Shown here in pieces: positions 26,562 to 39,017 of a DNA stretch of 64,000 nt. The notes under the pieces are model-generated. The model did not search any database. It saw nothing but the letters and a program-made list of their open reading frames with translations, and was not told the origin of the DNA. The position numbers were made by a program, and so were the translations under genes. Position 1 is the first letter of the stretch. Every line of letters begins with the position of its first letter. This stretch comes from Octopus vulgaris (taxonomy: Eukaryota), in contig OX597820.1 of NCBI GenBank assembly GCA_951406725.2, forward strand, positions 76,074,001 through 76,138,000, written 5' to 3'.

Positions 26562-27075
26562 TGTGCGTGGCCTGGTGATTAGTGTATTGCACTCACGATC
26601 GATATATTATGAGTTCGATTCCTGGACTGGGTGGCTCGTTGTGTTCTTTACTACAGCACTTCATTTCACGTTGCTCCAGTCCAGTCTAGTCCAGTCCAGT
26701 CAGCTATAAATGGTTAACGAAGGACTGTCTTTCCAATAAGGGGGAATATTGGCCTGCTCGTCTTGCTAGCAGGGACGCGTCATTCGAAGGTTAAAACAAT
26801 GCGAGGCGCATTGTGACCAGCAAAGTATGACAACATACGATATTCTGGTCGGTAGCGTGATGTATATATGTGTGTGCATGTATGTGTATAGATATGTATA
26901 CATAGACACACACATAAATATATATATTTATATATATGCATATATTTGTATATATGTATATATATTGGCCTGCTCGCTTAGCCAGCGGGGTGGCTTCATT
27001 CGAAGGCTAAAACAATGCGAAGCGCATTGCGACCAGCGATGTGTAGCAACATCTGATAGCCTGGTCGGTCACGGT
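26562..27075 (+). mobile_element. tRNA/CORE-type SINE with duplicated 3' part
   Basis: GAGTTCGATTCC B box; CACTTCATTTCACGTTGCTCCAGT core; tail ATTGGCCTGCTCG..TTCGAAGG..GCGCATTG repeated at 26748 and 26965. Confidence 0.65.
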
Positions 27076-27106
27076 GATCACGGTGACAGAAACTGAAAGA
27101 AACCGG

Positions 27107-27170
<64 letters not shown>

Positions 27171-27241
27171 AAGGGTGGAAAGGAACACACGAGTTGATAT
27201 ATATGAAAAAACAAGTCAAAAATAGAAAATGCTAAGATAAT

Positions 27242-27286
27242 TTTACAGTTGAAAAGGTCTCAAAATGACCGAAACCGGTACTGAAA
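27242..27286 (+). ncRNA. Minimal hammerhead ribozyme motif, U3-A8 variant (family H3)
   Basis: TTTACAG TTGAAAA GGTC-TCAAAAT-GACC GAAA CCGG TA CTGAAA. Confidence 0.6.
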
Positions 27287-27304
27287 GATTCACTATAAAA
27301 TTAT

Positions 27305-27528
27305 CTTGTGTGTGTTTGTGTGTCTGTGGTTGTCCCCCCAACATCGCTTGACAACCGATGGTGGTGTGTTTCCGTTCCCGTAACTTAGCGGTTCTGCAAA
27401 CGAGACCGATAGAATAAGTACTAGGCTTACAAAGAATAAGTCCTGTGGTCGATTTGCTCGACCAAAGGTGGTGCTCCAGCTTGGCCATAGTCAAGTGACT
27501 GAAGCAGGTAAAAGAGTAAAAGAGGAAA
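27305..27528 (+). mobile_element. SINE family B, 3' half
   Basis: CCCCCAACATCGCTTGACAACCG...GGTGGTGCTCCAGC tail with (GTAAAAGA)n end. Confidence 0.8.
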
Positions 27529-27531
27529 TCG

Positions 27532-27595
<64 letters not shown>

Positions 27596-28595
27596 CCTTT
27601 AATAAATTTACATATCTCAATGGCTATAAAGGATTTAGTCAAACAAATCGACATCGACGACAATATTTACACACACATACACACATATACACACACACAC
27701 ATATATACATACATACATACACATATCTATATATGTATGTATACATATATATATATGTATATATATGTATGTATATATATGTAAGTATGTATGCATGTAT
27801 GTGTGTGTAGGGATACATATATATATATATCCCTACTCCCCTTCCCTTCTTCCCTCTTTCTCCCTCCCTCTTCCCCTTCCCTCTGCTCCCTCACTCCCTC
27901 TCTCCCCCTCTCCCTCTTTCCTCCTTCATCCCTCTCCTCCCCTTCCTTCTCCCCCATCCTCTCCTCTTCCCCCTTCTCCTCCCCCTCTTCTTCCCCTCGC
28001 ATTATCTCCCCCCATCTTCTCCCCCTCCCCCTCTTCTCCTCACTACACCACATGACTTTACACATCACATCACATATGATGTGCCATACTAATACACGCA
28101 CCAACTAATACATACTAATACGTACTAATACATACCAGTACATACTAATACTTACACCAACCCTATACATACACACGTCCAGACGCCGCATACGCACTTA
28201 TACTCTCTCACACACACACACACACACCTATACATACCAATACGTACTAATACATACTAATACATACTAATACATACACCAACCCCATACATACGCACGT
28301 CCAGACCTATCTTACGCACTAATACTCTCTCATACACACACACACACACACACACACCCTTATACATACTAATACATACACCAACCCTATACATACACAC
28401 ATCCAGACCCCTCCCACGCACTTTTAGCTGGTCCCTCAACCCTTTTATCAACCCTATTATCTCCCCTTATTTCGCTCTCGCGTCTCATGTTTGATCTTTG
28501 ACCTCTGGCCGAAATCAGATCGCCATGTTGATTCGTTAGCTACTGCACGCATTTTTTTTTCTCTCCTTCTTTCTGTGTTTTTCTCTCTCTCTGTA

Positions 28596-28633
28596 TCTTT
28601 CTGTTGAAGAGCGTAGGCTCGAAACGTTAAAGA
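28596..28633 (+). ncRNA. Minimal hammerhead motif (H2-related subfamily, A6U in core)
   Basis: TCTTT CTGTTGA A GAGC-GTAG-GCTC GAAA CGTT AAAGA; downstream TTTCCTGAGCG shared with H2. Confidence 0.65.
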
Positions 28634-28834
28634 CTTGTTTTATTTATATTTCCTGAGCGCCATACTAATACAATTGTTCGTTTGTTTTCCACCTGCCTTC
28701 GTCTTTTGTTTATTTTCATAAAGTTTCCCGTTATATGTATGTCCAATAGAGGTAGAATCAACAAAAGAATTACTACATGAATTTAATACAAAACCGAAAG
28801 CGCTATTATTAGTTTCATGCTTTTATGATACTTG

Positions 28835-28886
<52 letters not shown>

Positions 28887-29431
28887 CACACACACATACA
28901 CACACGCACGCACACGCACACACACACACACAAACTTATGTATATATAATATGCATGCGTATGTATGTAGGTAGATATATGTAAAAAAGTATCCCTTCAT
29001 TATTTTCACGTATTCTTATGATCAACGATGTTTTCATGTATTTACCTGCTTTCTTGATTAGTCTGTTATTCCAGTTTCACAATCCAACACAGACGCACGA
29101 ATAGGAACATGTGTGATCTTTGACAAAATAGGGGGTTAGAAAGATTTACAAACAGGTAGATAGACAATCTTGCTTGTTAGTTAGGTAAACAAACAGAGCT
29201 AGACTACTTCTTATATATACATGCCTTAAAAATAATACAAGGTAACAGCCAGCCATTTAATTACATCATAAATACATACGTACACTCACAGACACATAGA
29301 CACACGCACAGACACATACGCATACACGTATGCATATAAACATATACATACACACACACATGTATATATATAAACATATACACACATACGCATGCATATA
29401 TATATGTATATATATATATACATATATATAT

Positions 29432-29484
<53 letters not shown>

Positions 29485-29594
29485 TTCTTCTGTGTAGAGT
29501 TAAATATACGGCCGTTACTCGTGAATTTCAGAGATCCACTCAGAATATACATCCCATCTACTTTTAGTATAAACATACACACAAATATATATGT

Positions 29595-29670
<76 letters not shown>

Positions 29671-29698
29671 TATATAGGTAATGAAATTAACACTTTAC

Positions 29699-29731
<33 letters not shown>

Positions 29732-30139
29732 AACAGACGGACAGAGTGATATATATATATACATACGTACACACACATATATATACATGCATACACGTTT
29801 AATAATATCTACTGACTCTCTATGTAACACACACTTCTCACACATACACATACATACATACATTCATACATACTTACATACATATTTACATACATACCCA
29901 TGTCTAATTCCCATGATAATTGTCATTCGCGTTGCACTCCTTAATTGGTTACTCATATAACTTTAGTAACATCAACACTGCGTAGCACTCCGCCACCCCA
30001 CAATTCTTTGGTTCAAAAACATGATGCGCCTTAGTGCCATCCTTACTTCTTATACATTGGCTAAATTTGCCGTAAGGTCTGTAATTTCGGGTGGGTGGGT
30101 AAATCGATTACATTGACCCCAGTGCTCAACTACCACTCA

Positions 30140-30285
30140 TTTACATTATTTACCTTATTTATATTTGACAGATACTTGTCGTCATCTTGTTTGTTAATAT
30201 ACCCTCCAGCCTTCATCAGGTGTCTAGGGGAAATTTCGAACCTGGGTTCTCATGCCTAAGGTATTTTTCGATGTTGTTGTTATTA

Positions 30286-30371
<86 letters not shown>

Positions 30372-31059
30372 TATTTTTATTTTTATTTTTATTATTGTTA
30401 TTATTATTATAAAGAATAAAATGTTTTGAATGTTACAACAATACACTATAATACAACAATGCACTATAATAATAATAATAATGGGCTATATACCTGTTGT
30501 AATTTAGTCATCCATAGTCTGATATGATAGTTCGGAATAATATTCCTTCTTCAGATATTCGTAGGTGGAGTGGATGCTACTCCATTTAAGCATAACTGAA
30601 GACAGAACATTATTCCGAAATATCATATCAGACTATGGATGACTAAACTACAACAGGTATATAGCCCATTGTTTGTATTATAGTGCATTGTTATACCATT
30701 CAAAACTTTTTATTCTTAACAAATAATACACAATGCTCAAGCGAACTACAACACTCTCCTATTATTATTATTACAATTATAATTATTCAGGTCACTGCTT
30801 GGAATCGAACTTGAAATCTTGGGGTTAGTAGCCCGCGTTCTTAACCACTACCCCATAATAATAATAATAATAATAATAACATCGAAAAAACCTTAGGAAT
30901 GAGAACCCAGGTTCGAAATTTCCCCAGGACACATGATGAAGACTGGATGGTATATCAGCCGAAACGTTGTGTTAACAACAAACAAGAGGACAAATATCCG
31001 TCAAATGTAAAATAATGTAAATAACGTACATAATTCCTCATCTCTTAAATATGGAACTG
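30140..31059 (-). mobile_element. Composite tRNA-headed hammerhead element (family H1) with inverted copy, inserted into a family A SINE
   Basis: tRNA-like head 30788-30856 (-), (TAA)n, hammerhead/tail 30140-30275 (-), inverted copy 30880-31059 (+, hammerhead 30928-30973); host SINE halves at 30060-30140 and 31065-31200; degenerate duplication TACCACTCATTT / TACTATTCATTT. Confidence 0.75.
30412..30717. repeat. ~300-bp foldback made of two head-to-head hammerhead-bearing units (family H4)
   Basis: 30480-30541 vs 30609-30670 inverted with 2 mismatches in 62 bp; arm consensus ATAT CTGAAGA A GGAAT-ATT-ATTCC GAAA TATC ATAT. Confidence 0.85.
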
Positions 31060-32218
31060 TATTACTATTCATTTTATCGCTTGCGAAAGGACGAAAGGCA
31101 AAGTCAACCTCGACGGAATTTGAACTCATCAAATTAATGATGGATGAAATGCCGCTTAGCATTTTGTTCGGCGCAATAACGATTCTACCCGCTCACAGCC
31201 TTCTCTTATATATTACCACTGCATTGCATTAGAATTGTGAAGAATTTCTTTTATTTACCGATATCTAATGCACAGCTTACCAATCTAAATTTGTGCTATG
31301 CAAAATTCGTCACATTGCTAAGTCCACCTTGTTCCAGTGTCGTCACATGTGTTTCTTGTACAATGCAAATGTCGAAAACAGTTAACACAGGGTAGCAGTT
31401 CCTCCAGTCATTTATATTCATATATCACTCAATAGTTCCGAGGAAGATATTGCACAACTTCTCACCTCTGAGCACACTGCTTCTCATAGAAGAAACAACT
31501 GCAAGCTAATGATATTCTTTACGCTATTCCTGCTAGTTTACATACAATAATTAATAAAAATCAATTAATATCGAAGATTTGTTCATGTAATTATTTTCGT
31601 TAATCAATCGATTAAGTAAATGAAATACTAATCAAGACGTTGTTTAGTTTCATTTGATCCATCATAATTCAGCACACTTACAGTCAAAAGTCGTACCCAC
31701 ACCGGTTTCTTTCTTGTGTTATTTTTAGGATTACAATGTTGAATGCGTCATTCCATCCCATCTTTCTGAAAAAAAAACTGTAACATGTGTGTTTATATGT
31801 ATTTATATTAAAATACGCGTAGGTGTCTAAATGTATGTCTGAATTTCCTGGTGAATATTGAAATATGTATGTTTTTCTCCCACATCTCTTTCTCTCTCTT
31901 TTTCCTCTGTTTCTGATGCTCTCTTTCTATGTACATGTGTGTATGCGTGTGCTTGTGTTTGTGTGTTTGTGTGTTTGTGTGAGTGAGTGTTCGCGCGCAT
32001 GTGCGTGTGTTTGTGTGTGTGTGTATTGTAGCATGTAGCTATGGTTGTAAATGTATAAATTCAAATAGATCTACGATAATCAGTGCTAATGCTAACAAGA
32101 AGATGTATATCTATATCTCTTTCTTTCTCTCTCTCTCTTTGTGTATTGAAGTATACATCTCTATGACAGCAAAAGTATGTATTTAAACGCATTTAGGATA
32201 ATCTTAGTGAATGCTGAA

Positions 32219-32303
<85 letters not shown>

Positions 32304-33107
32304 TACACACATATTCATATGTATATAGGTTCGTTATTCACTCTCGCTCCCTACCTCTCTCTACCCCTCTCTCTTCTCAGGACGTCTGCGCCTGCGCAAA
32401 TTTGTATCCACATGCTTGTGTTTACAATTGTGCAATTATATTTAACTATGTGTGTTTACCGTTCTTCATATATGCGCGTGCGGCATCTTCCTGCATTCTT
32501 GACGTCTAACTAGTCATGGCTGGTCAGTTTCACCCAGCCTTTTCCTCATACATTAACAACAGAAATATTTTGTTAACAACCTCTTTCTCTTTCCTGTACA
32601 ACGATCGAAGACAGTTTATAATCCGGACACGTCTTGTCCGTGTCCAGTCTTGCATTTTTCACTTCCTCTGGTTTCTACAGTTATATTCCCCTAATTTGTA
32701 TGTGACTTCCTTTGTCTCCCTTCTCCACGTCTCTGTCACCTACCTTTCCGCTTTCTCCCGGTATGCATGCATGTATGTATTATGTATGTATGTATGTATG
32801 TATGTATGTATGTATGTATGTATGTATGTATGTATGCATGTATGTATGCATGTATGTATGTATGAATGCATGTATGTATGTATGTATATATGCATGTATG
32901 TATATATACTCATATACACCTACACGCTTATATCCATAAATGTGTGTGTATATATATATAATTATATTATATATATATATATATATATACACATTCATTT
33001 ATATATACATATATATGTTGCATCGTATAAAGTAGGTGTATGTGATTCCTCCTCTTATCTACTCTCTCTCTCTCTCTGCCCCTCTTCATTCTCTCTCTCT
33101 TTCTCTG

Positions 33108-33184
<77 letters not shown>

Positions 33185-33289
33185 TAGATAGATCGATCGA
33201 TCGATAGATAGGTAGGTAGATAGATAGATAGATAGATAGATAGGTAGGTAGATAGATACATAGATAGATAGATTTAAACTTCGACACCC

Positions 33290-33520
33290 TAGTTCGACAC
33301 CCTTCACGACAGAGACACGCACGGGTGATGCTAACAAAGCCACGTTCGTAGTGCATCCCGAGTTTGTCCTCTAAAGCACGCAATACCTCTCTCCTCGAGG
33401 GACTGTAGCATCGCATTGACCTCAGCACTGTCGACTGCCTTTTCGTTATCAACGAACGCGACTCGCAAAGACAACCGAGACGTTCTCGCTTGCTCCAACA
33501 CTTTCAGGATGTATCTGTCT
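33290..33520 (-). mobile_element. Decayed RTE-type reverse transcriptase fragment
   Basis: LKVLEQAR..RLSLRVAFVDNEKAVDS.E..AMLQSLEERGI and [10 protein letters not shown] (KGVRQG-like). Confidence 0.7.
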
Positions 33521-33556
33521 GTGTTTCCCCCCACAGCAGCTTGATAACTGGTATTG

Positions 33557-33736
33557 CAGTTCTATATTTAAGAGATGAAGAATTATGTACATTATTTACA
33601 TTATTTACATTTGACGGATATTTGTTCTCATCTTCTTTGTTGTTAACACAACGTTTCGTCTGATATACTCTCAGCTTTCATCAGGTGTCTCGGGTAAATT
33701 TCGAACCTGGGTTCTCATTTCTAAGGTATTTTTCGA

Positions 33737-33804
<68 letters not shown>

Positions 33805-33956
33805 TCACTGCCTGGAATCGAACTCGGAATCTTGGTGTTAGTAGCCCGCGCTCTTAATCACTACTCCATATGCCCGTGGGCTAACGAAGCCGAAACGTCG
33901 TGTTAACAACAAAGATGAGGACAAATATCCGTCAAATGTAAATAATGTTAATAATG
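33557..33956 (-). mobile_element. tRNA-headed hammerhead element (family H1) with inverted partial copy and 11-bp flanking duplication
   Basis: Head 33801-33880 (-), (TAA)n, hammerhead 33645-33689 (-), inverted partial tail 33889-33956 (+); TGGTATTGCAG at 33549-33559 and 33957-33967, inside a family B SINE. Confidence 0.8.
33645..33689 (-). ncRNA. Minimal hammerhead ribozyme motif with canonical core
   Basis: GACAC CTGATGA A AGCTG-AGAGTATAT-CAGAC GAAA CGTT GTGTT (stem II decayed relative to the GGCTG/CAGCC consensus of the sister copies). Confidence 0.7.
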
Positions 33957-34045
33957 TGGTATTGCAGCTTTTTCGTCCCCGTAACATCGTAACTTAACAT
34001 CTCGGCAAAAGAAACTGGTAGAATAGATACCTAACTTGAAATGTA

Positions 34046-34306
34046 TAGGGTGTTCCAACAGTCGGTCCACAGCGAAATTATTTTTCTTGATTCTGCAAGA
34101 GTCAGACGCTCTAAGATATATTTCAAAACATGTGTAGAAGTGTTAACTTCTGTATTGAAAATGAAGGACGATACTTTCAGCACCTCTTATAAAGTCTTTT
34201 TAAAGTTTTGTAAAATCTTATATATTCTTTTGTAGCCTTATACCATCTTATAAATATTTATTTTGCAATCAAATACTTACTGGAGAGAGACTTTTTGAAT
34301 ACCCTG
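34046..34306. mobile_element. Tc1/mariner-type MITE
   Basis: Imperfect TIRs TAGGGTGTTCCAACAGTC / (rc) CAGGGTATTCAAAAAGTC, TA flank on the left; interrupts a family B SINE. Confidence 0.55.
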
Positions 34307-34726
34307 CATAAGCATTGGGTTCGATTCGCTCGTCCACGTTACTTCAATGTGGCGCTCTAGCATGGCTGCAGTCTAATGATTGAAGCAAGTATAACATAAA
34401 AGAAAAATGTGAGCGTATGTTCGGATACGAAAGTAAATTCTCAATCCCACGTTTTCGTATTTCTTGTAGCGATTGTTAGTTCAGTCTAGTAACACACACG
34501 AATAAGCACACGAGGGATTATATATTTATAATGGGTTTGACAGATTTCATAAACAGGTAGATAAACATTACTGCCAGATGGATAGGTAAACAGTTGTTAG
34601 ATAGGTAAACAAATAAATAAAACATAAAATCAAAAATAAAACAGATACAAAAATTGATGATGCTTGCACCAAAGCGAACGCATAAGTTTTTAATTAACTC
34701 TGTGAGCGCGATGAGAGTGTGTTGTG

Positions 34727-34766
<40 letters not shown>

Positions 34767-34987
34767 CTTGTATACACAAAATATACTTATAAACATAACT
34801 ATGCATAAACGTAATATATATTTAAATGTATACTCTTTTACATGTTTCAGTCATTTGACTGCGGCCATGCTGGAGCACCACCTGTAGTCGAGCAAATCGA
34901 CCCCGGGACTTATTCTTTGTAAGCCCAGTACTTATTCTATCGGTCTCTTTTGCCGAACCGCTAAGTGACGGGGAGATGTATATATAT

Positions 34988-35261
34988 GTTTTTTTCTGTC
35001 CTTGTTTTCGTATACATTCGCAGCTTTCTTCCAAAGAATCTAATGCTCTTAGTTTAGTTTTACCTTGGGGCTGGCCAGATTGGAGCAATCTCGAGTATAA
35101 CCAGGCGAAATTGCAAAGATAATCTGGAAACGACTGAGGAAAGAAAACTCCGAATGACCCGTCCTTGTTTTCTTTGTATTGTCTGTCTGGATGTTTTGTT
35201 GCCCCTTTTTTGTATCACCTAACTGTCTGGATGTTTTGCGTTCTTGTCCCATTTTGTATTT

Positions 35262-35262
<1 letters not shown>
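34988..35262 (+). mobile_element. Structured non-coding repeat in (TA)n (family H5)
   Basis: Homologous to 15325-15560 in opposite orientation. Confidence 0.7.
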
Positions 35263-35304
<42 letters not shown>

Positions 35305-35308
<4 letters not shown>

Positions 35309-35945
35309 TTAAATTTAAAATGAGGGTGAGAAATTAGATATTAATTTGATTAACATCGATTTCATACCAGTGGTCCAGCACATAAAAAACTGAAGGTTCA
35401 GTAAAATTGTATTATATACATATTAGAAGGAAACCACTATGTGGACACTCTTGTGCTAGAAATAGATCTGCTATGGTCTTACCACTAGGAAATGTTCTCA
35501 AGAAAAAATTAGCAAAACATCCAAAACGTAATCGAGCAAGAAAAAATAAAAGCCAATAAAAATATGGATTATTCGCATACATGTTTCACTATTAACATAT
35601 TACGTAATTTTACTTACATAAATGCCCGTAGATCATCGGTGCGACAATCCAGATGAATATAATTTGCAGGACTGCATACTAGGACGTCCGCACAAAGTCA
35701 GACTTGTAAACAGTTCTACCCATTACACTCGTGGTTACTATTTCAAATGTCCTCATTGGCGCGCTAAATTACCGGAAAAACTGATGCTGCAGATAAAACT
35801 TTACTGCAGTGGCCTTAGCCGGTTAGAGAACGTATTAATTTAAATTTAAGTTTAAAATGAGGTTGAGAAATTAGATATTGATTTAATTAACATATAAAAA
35901 ATTTATTATATACATATTAGAGGGAAACCACTATGTGGACACCCT
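35305..35945 (-). mobile_element. ~530-bp hammerhead-bearing unit plus partial tandem copy (family H6)
   Basis: 35838-35945 repeats 35305-35450 with internal deletions; hammerhead at 35573-35644: TCGCA CCGATGA ... GAAA CATG TA TGCGA; homologous to 45320-45742. Confidence 0.65.
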
Positions 35946-35977
35946 TAAATTTAGGCACACATACATATACATGTACA

Positions 35978-36010
<33 letters not shown>

Positions 36011-36335
36011 GAGACGGGCTTCTTTCATTTTCTGTTTACCAAATCCACTCACAAGGCTTTGGTCGACTCGAGGCTATAGTACAAGACACCTGCCCAAGGT
36101 GCCACGCAGTGGAACTGAACCCGGAACCATGTGGTTCGTAATCAAGCTACTTACTGCACAGCCACTCCTAGCTTTAGTCAAAATGTAAAAAAGAAACACC
36201 TTTCTTTCTTTCTCTTAACCTCTGCTAATACTTTGCTTGCACCATGTGTCTTCACGTTATCATTTTTTTTCTTGCGTTTCTTCTTCTTTTGGGGGATGTA
36301 TTTACTAGACAGACAGACAGATAGATAGATCGATC

Positions 36336-36392
<57 letters not shown>

Positions 36393-37129
36393 GTAGGTAG
36401 GTAGGTAGGTAGGTAGGTAGATGGTTGGATGGACGGACCGACGGACAGACGGACGGTCGGACGGAGAGACGGGCGGTCTGACAGACTGTCGGACGGATTG
36501 ATGGATGGATAATTTAGACATGTTTTGGCCAAAGATTAGCCCCAGCCAAATTAAATTCCATAGCATCACCTCATAGGATCTGCCAGGTCATTTTTAACTG
36601 AGAAGTATTTTATCTCCTTGCTCCAGTCATTGGGCTGCGGCCATGCAGGGAGGTGGCCCTGAAATGTTTAGCCGAACAAATCTCTCACTGCCGTACTTAC
36701 TTCACAATCTTGTACTTATTGCATCGTTTTCTTTTTTCGAGCTGTTAAGTTAAGGCGATGTAAACAAACTAACACCAGTTGGATTGTATGCAGGATTCCA
36801 TATAGTTTTTATCTTTCAAATAGTTACCTGAGAAGACGTTGGTCAACCGAGGGCTATTGTCAAAGTCGCTTGACAAAGGTTCCGCGCAGTGGGATTGAAC
36901 CTGATGCCACGTGTTTCCAGGGTGCACACACACACACACACACACAACACACACATAGACACACTCACACATTCTCTCACACACACACACACACACTCGC
37001 ATACACACTCACACACAGACACACTCACATACAGACACACTCACACACATACTCACACACAGACACACTCACACACAGATACACGTACACACTCACACAT
37101 ACAGACACACACTTGCACACACGCATGCA

Positions 37130-37178
<49 letters not shown>

Positions 37179-37269
37179 TCACACACACATATATAAAAAC
37201 AAGACATGACTCTGTGGTTAAGAAGCTCATTTGTAACCATACATGTATATGTATGTATGTATGTATGTA

Positions 37270-37318
<49 letters not shown>

Positions 37319-37471
37319 TTAATATATACTTGTATCTTCACCGTGTTTTATTTACCAGAATGCACATCAGACTTACCAGATGTTAGATTTTTCGTTGTTT
37401 TGTTTCGTCTGTATTGATCTTTGTAGTTCCTGAGTTGAAACAAAATAAATAAATAAATAAATAAATAACTA

Positions 37472-37524
<53 letters not shown>

Positions 37525-38213
37525 CAATGACAACAACAGCAACAACAAAAAATTCTTGGAACGCATTTGGTTCAAATGAATTTTGTACTTGGTTTCCAGA
37601 TGTTTGCTCGGAAGAAGAAACAGAAATGGGCACCGGAAGATCCTTTTTATTTTATTTTTATTTATTTTTTTTTAATCTTGCAAGAGTTTCTGCTATCGAC
37701 TAAGCTTGTTGACACAGATATCTCATTGCCAGTGAAAGATGAAATTATCCCCCTGTCAGATGCAGCTGGCCGATAAAACGCTTGCTCACATTCGCTCTAT
37801 GCATCGTTGCTGTCTTCGTTGTCATTGCCGCTGATGTTGTTATGCCGTCCAATTATACCTTCCGTCTTATTCTTCGATATGTGTTGTTTTTTTTTCCTAT
37901 TTCATCCCCCGTCCCCACAAATGCGGTCGGTCTACTCCACCCCGGATGTTGTGTACTCAATATCGTTTAATCCATTTTGGTGAGTGGGTCCACTCTGTGG
38001 CACAGCAACCCCTTCGTCAAATCTAATACTGTATCTGTGTAGAACTGTGTTTCTCAACCATTTTTTATCTGTTGACCCCTTTCACTCCTGTTTTACTGCG
38101 GTGGATCCTCATAGCCCCTCAGTATTTAAAAATCTTATTATTATTATATAATTGAACATAGCTAGGAATTGTATAAAAATGATTGTTAAAATATTATGTG
38201 CATTATAGAAATA

Positions 38214-38562
38214 TAGGGTTATCCCATAAATAATGCGGTTTTTTGCTTCTTTCATTTTTCAAAATTATGATAAACAAAGTTCTTTTTTTAATCTAAAATA
38301 TACTCTCCTTCATCTTCTACAACGCTCTTCCATCTACCTGGTAAACTTGCAAGGCCCCTCTTCCAAAATTTGCTTGTCCATGACGAAAAATACTCCTCCA
38401 CTACTGTTCTGACCTCGTCTAAAGAATTCATATTCTTCCCGTTCAAATGATTTTGAAAAGTGCAGAATAAATGATGTGATGGAGCAATGTCCGGCCAATA
38501 TGGTGGGTGGGGCACTGTTTCCAATACAAACTGCTCCAGCCTTTGGAATGTCATCCTCACTG
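38214..38562 (-). mobile_element. Mariner transposase 3' fragment with right TIR
   Basis: HPPYWPDIAPS..LF..FQNHL..FWKRGL..LPGRWK.VVE..GEY (YSPDLAP motif); TA|TAGGGTTATCCCATAAATAATGCGG end. Confidence 0.85.
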
Positions 38563-38604
38563 TATATATATATATATATTAATTGATATATATATATATC
38601 CTAG

Positions 38605-38641
<37 letters not shown>

Positions 38642-39017
38642 TTGATATATATCTTTTTTCAATTACTGGTTTCATTCATTGGGCTGCGGCCTTGCTGGGG
38701 CACCACCTTCAAGAGTTTAGTGGAACAAATCAGCCTTTACCTCTTATTTTTAAGTCAGTTCCTTATTCTAACCGTCTCATTTGCGGACCGCTAAATTGCA
38801 GGGACATAAACAAAGCAACACCGTTTACCAATCGGTGGCAGCGCATGCTCAAGCAGTAGTTAACACCTTAGTCACTGAGAAAATTGCCGAATATCTATCT
38901 TATCTAATCAGTAATTCCATACCAACCGGTTTAAAGTAAACACGACTAGTCCCCTCCTCACTTAATTTGAGGCGTGGTGTCTCCAGTAGAAAGGATTATT
39001 CCTTATTTAAGCGGCTT

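Noticed and set aside
30788-30856. tRNA gene (also the heads at 33801-33880, 44680-44746, 62865-62937)
   Set aside because: A/B boxes are present but there is no proper acceptor stem or terminator, and each is fused to a repeated body; these are SINE-type heads.
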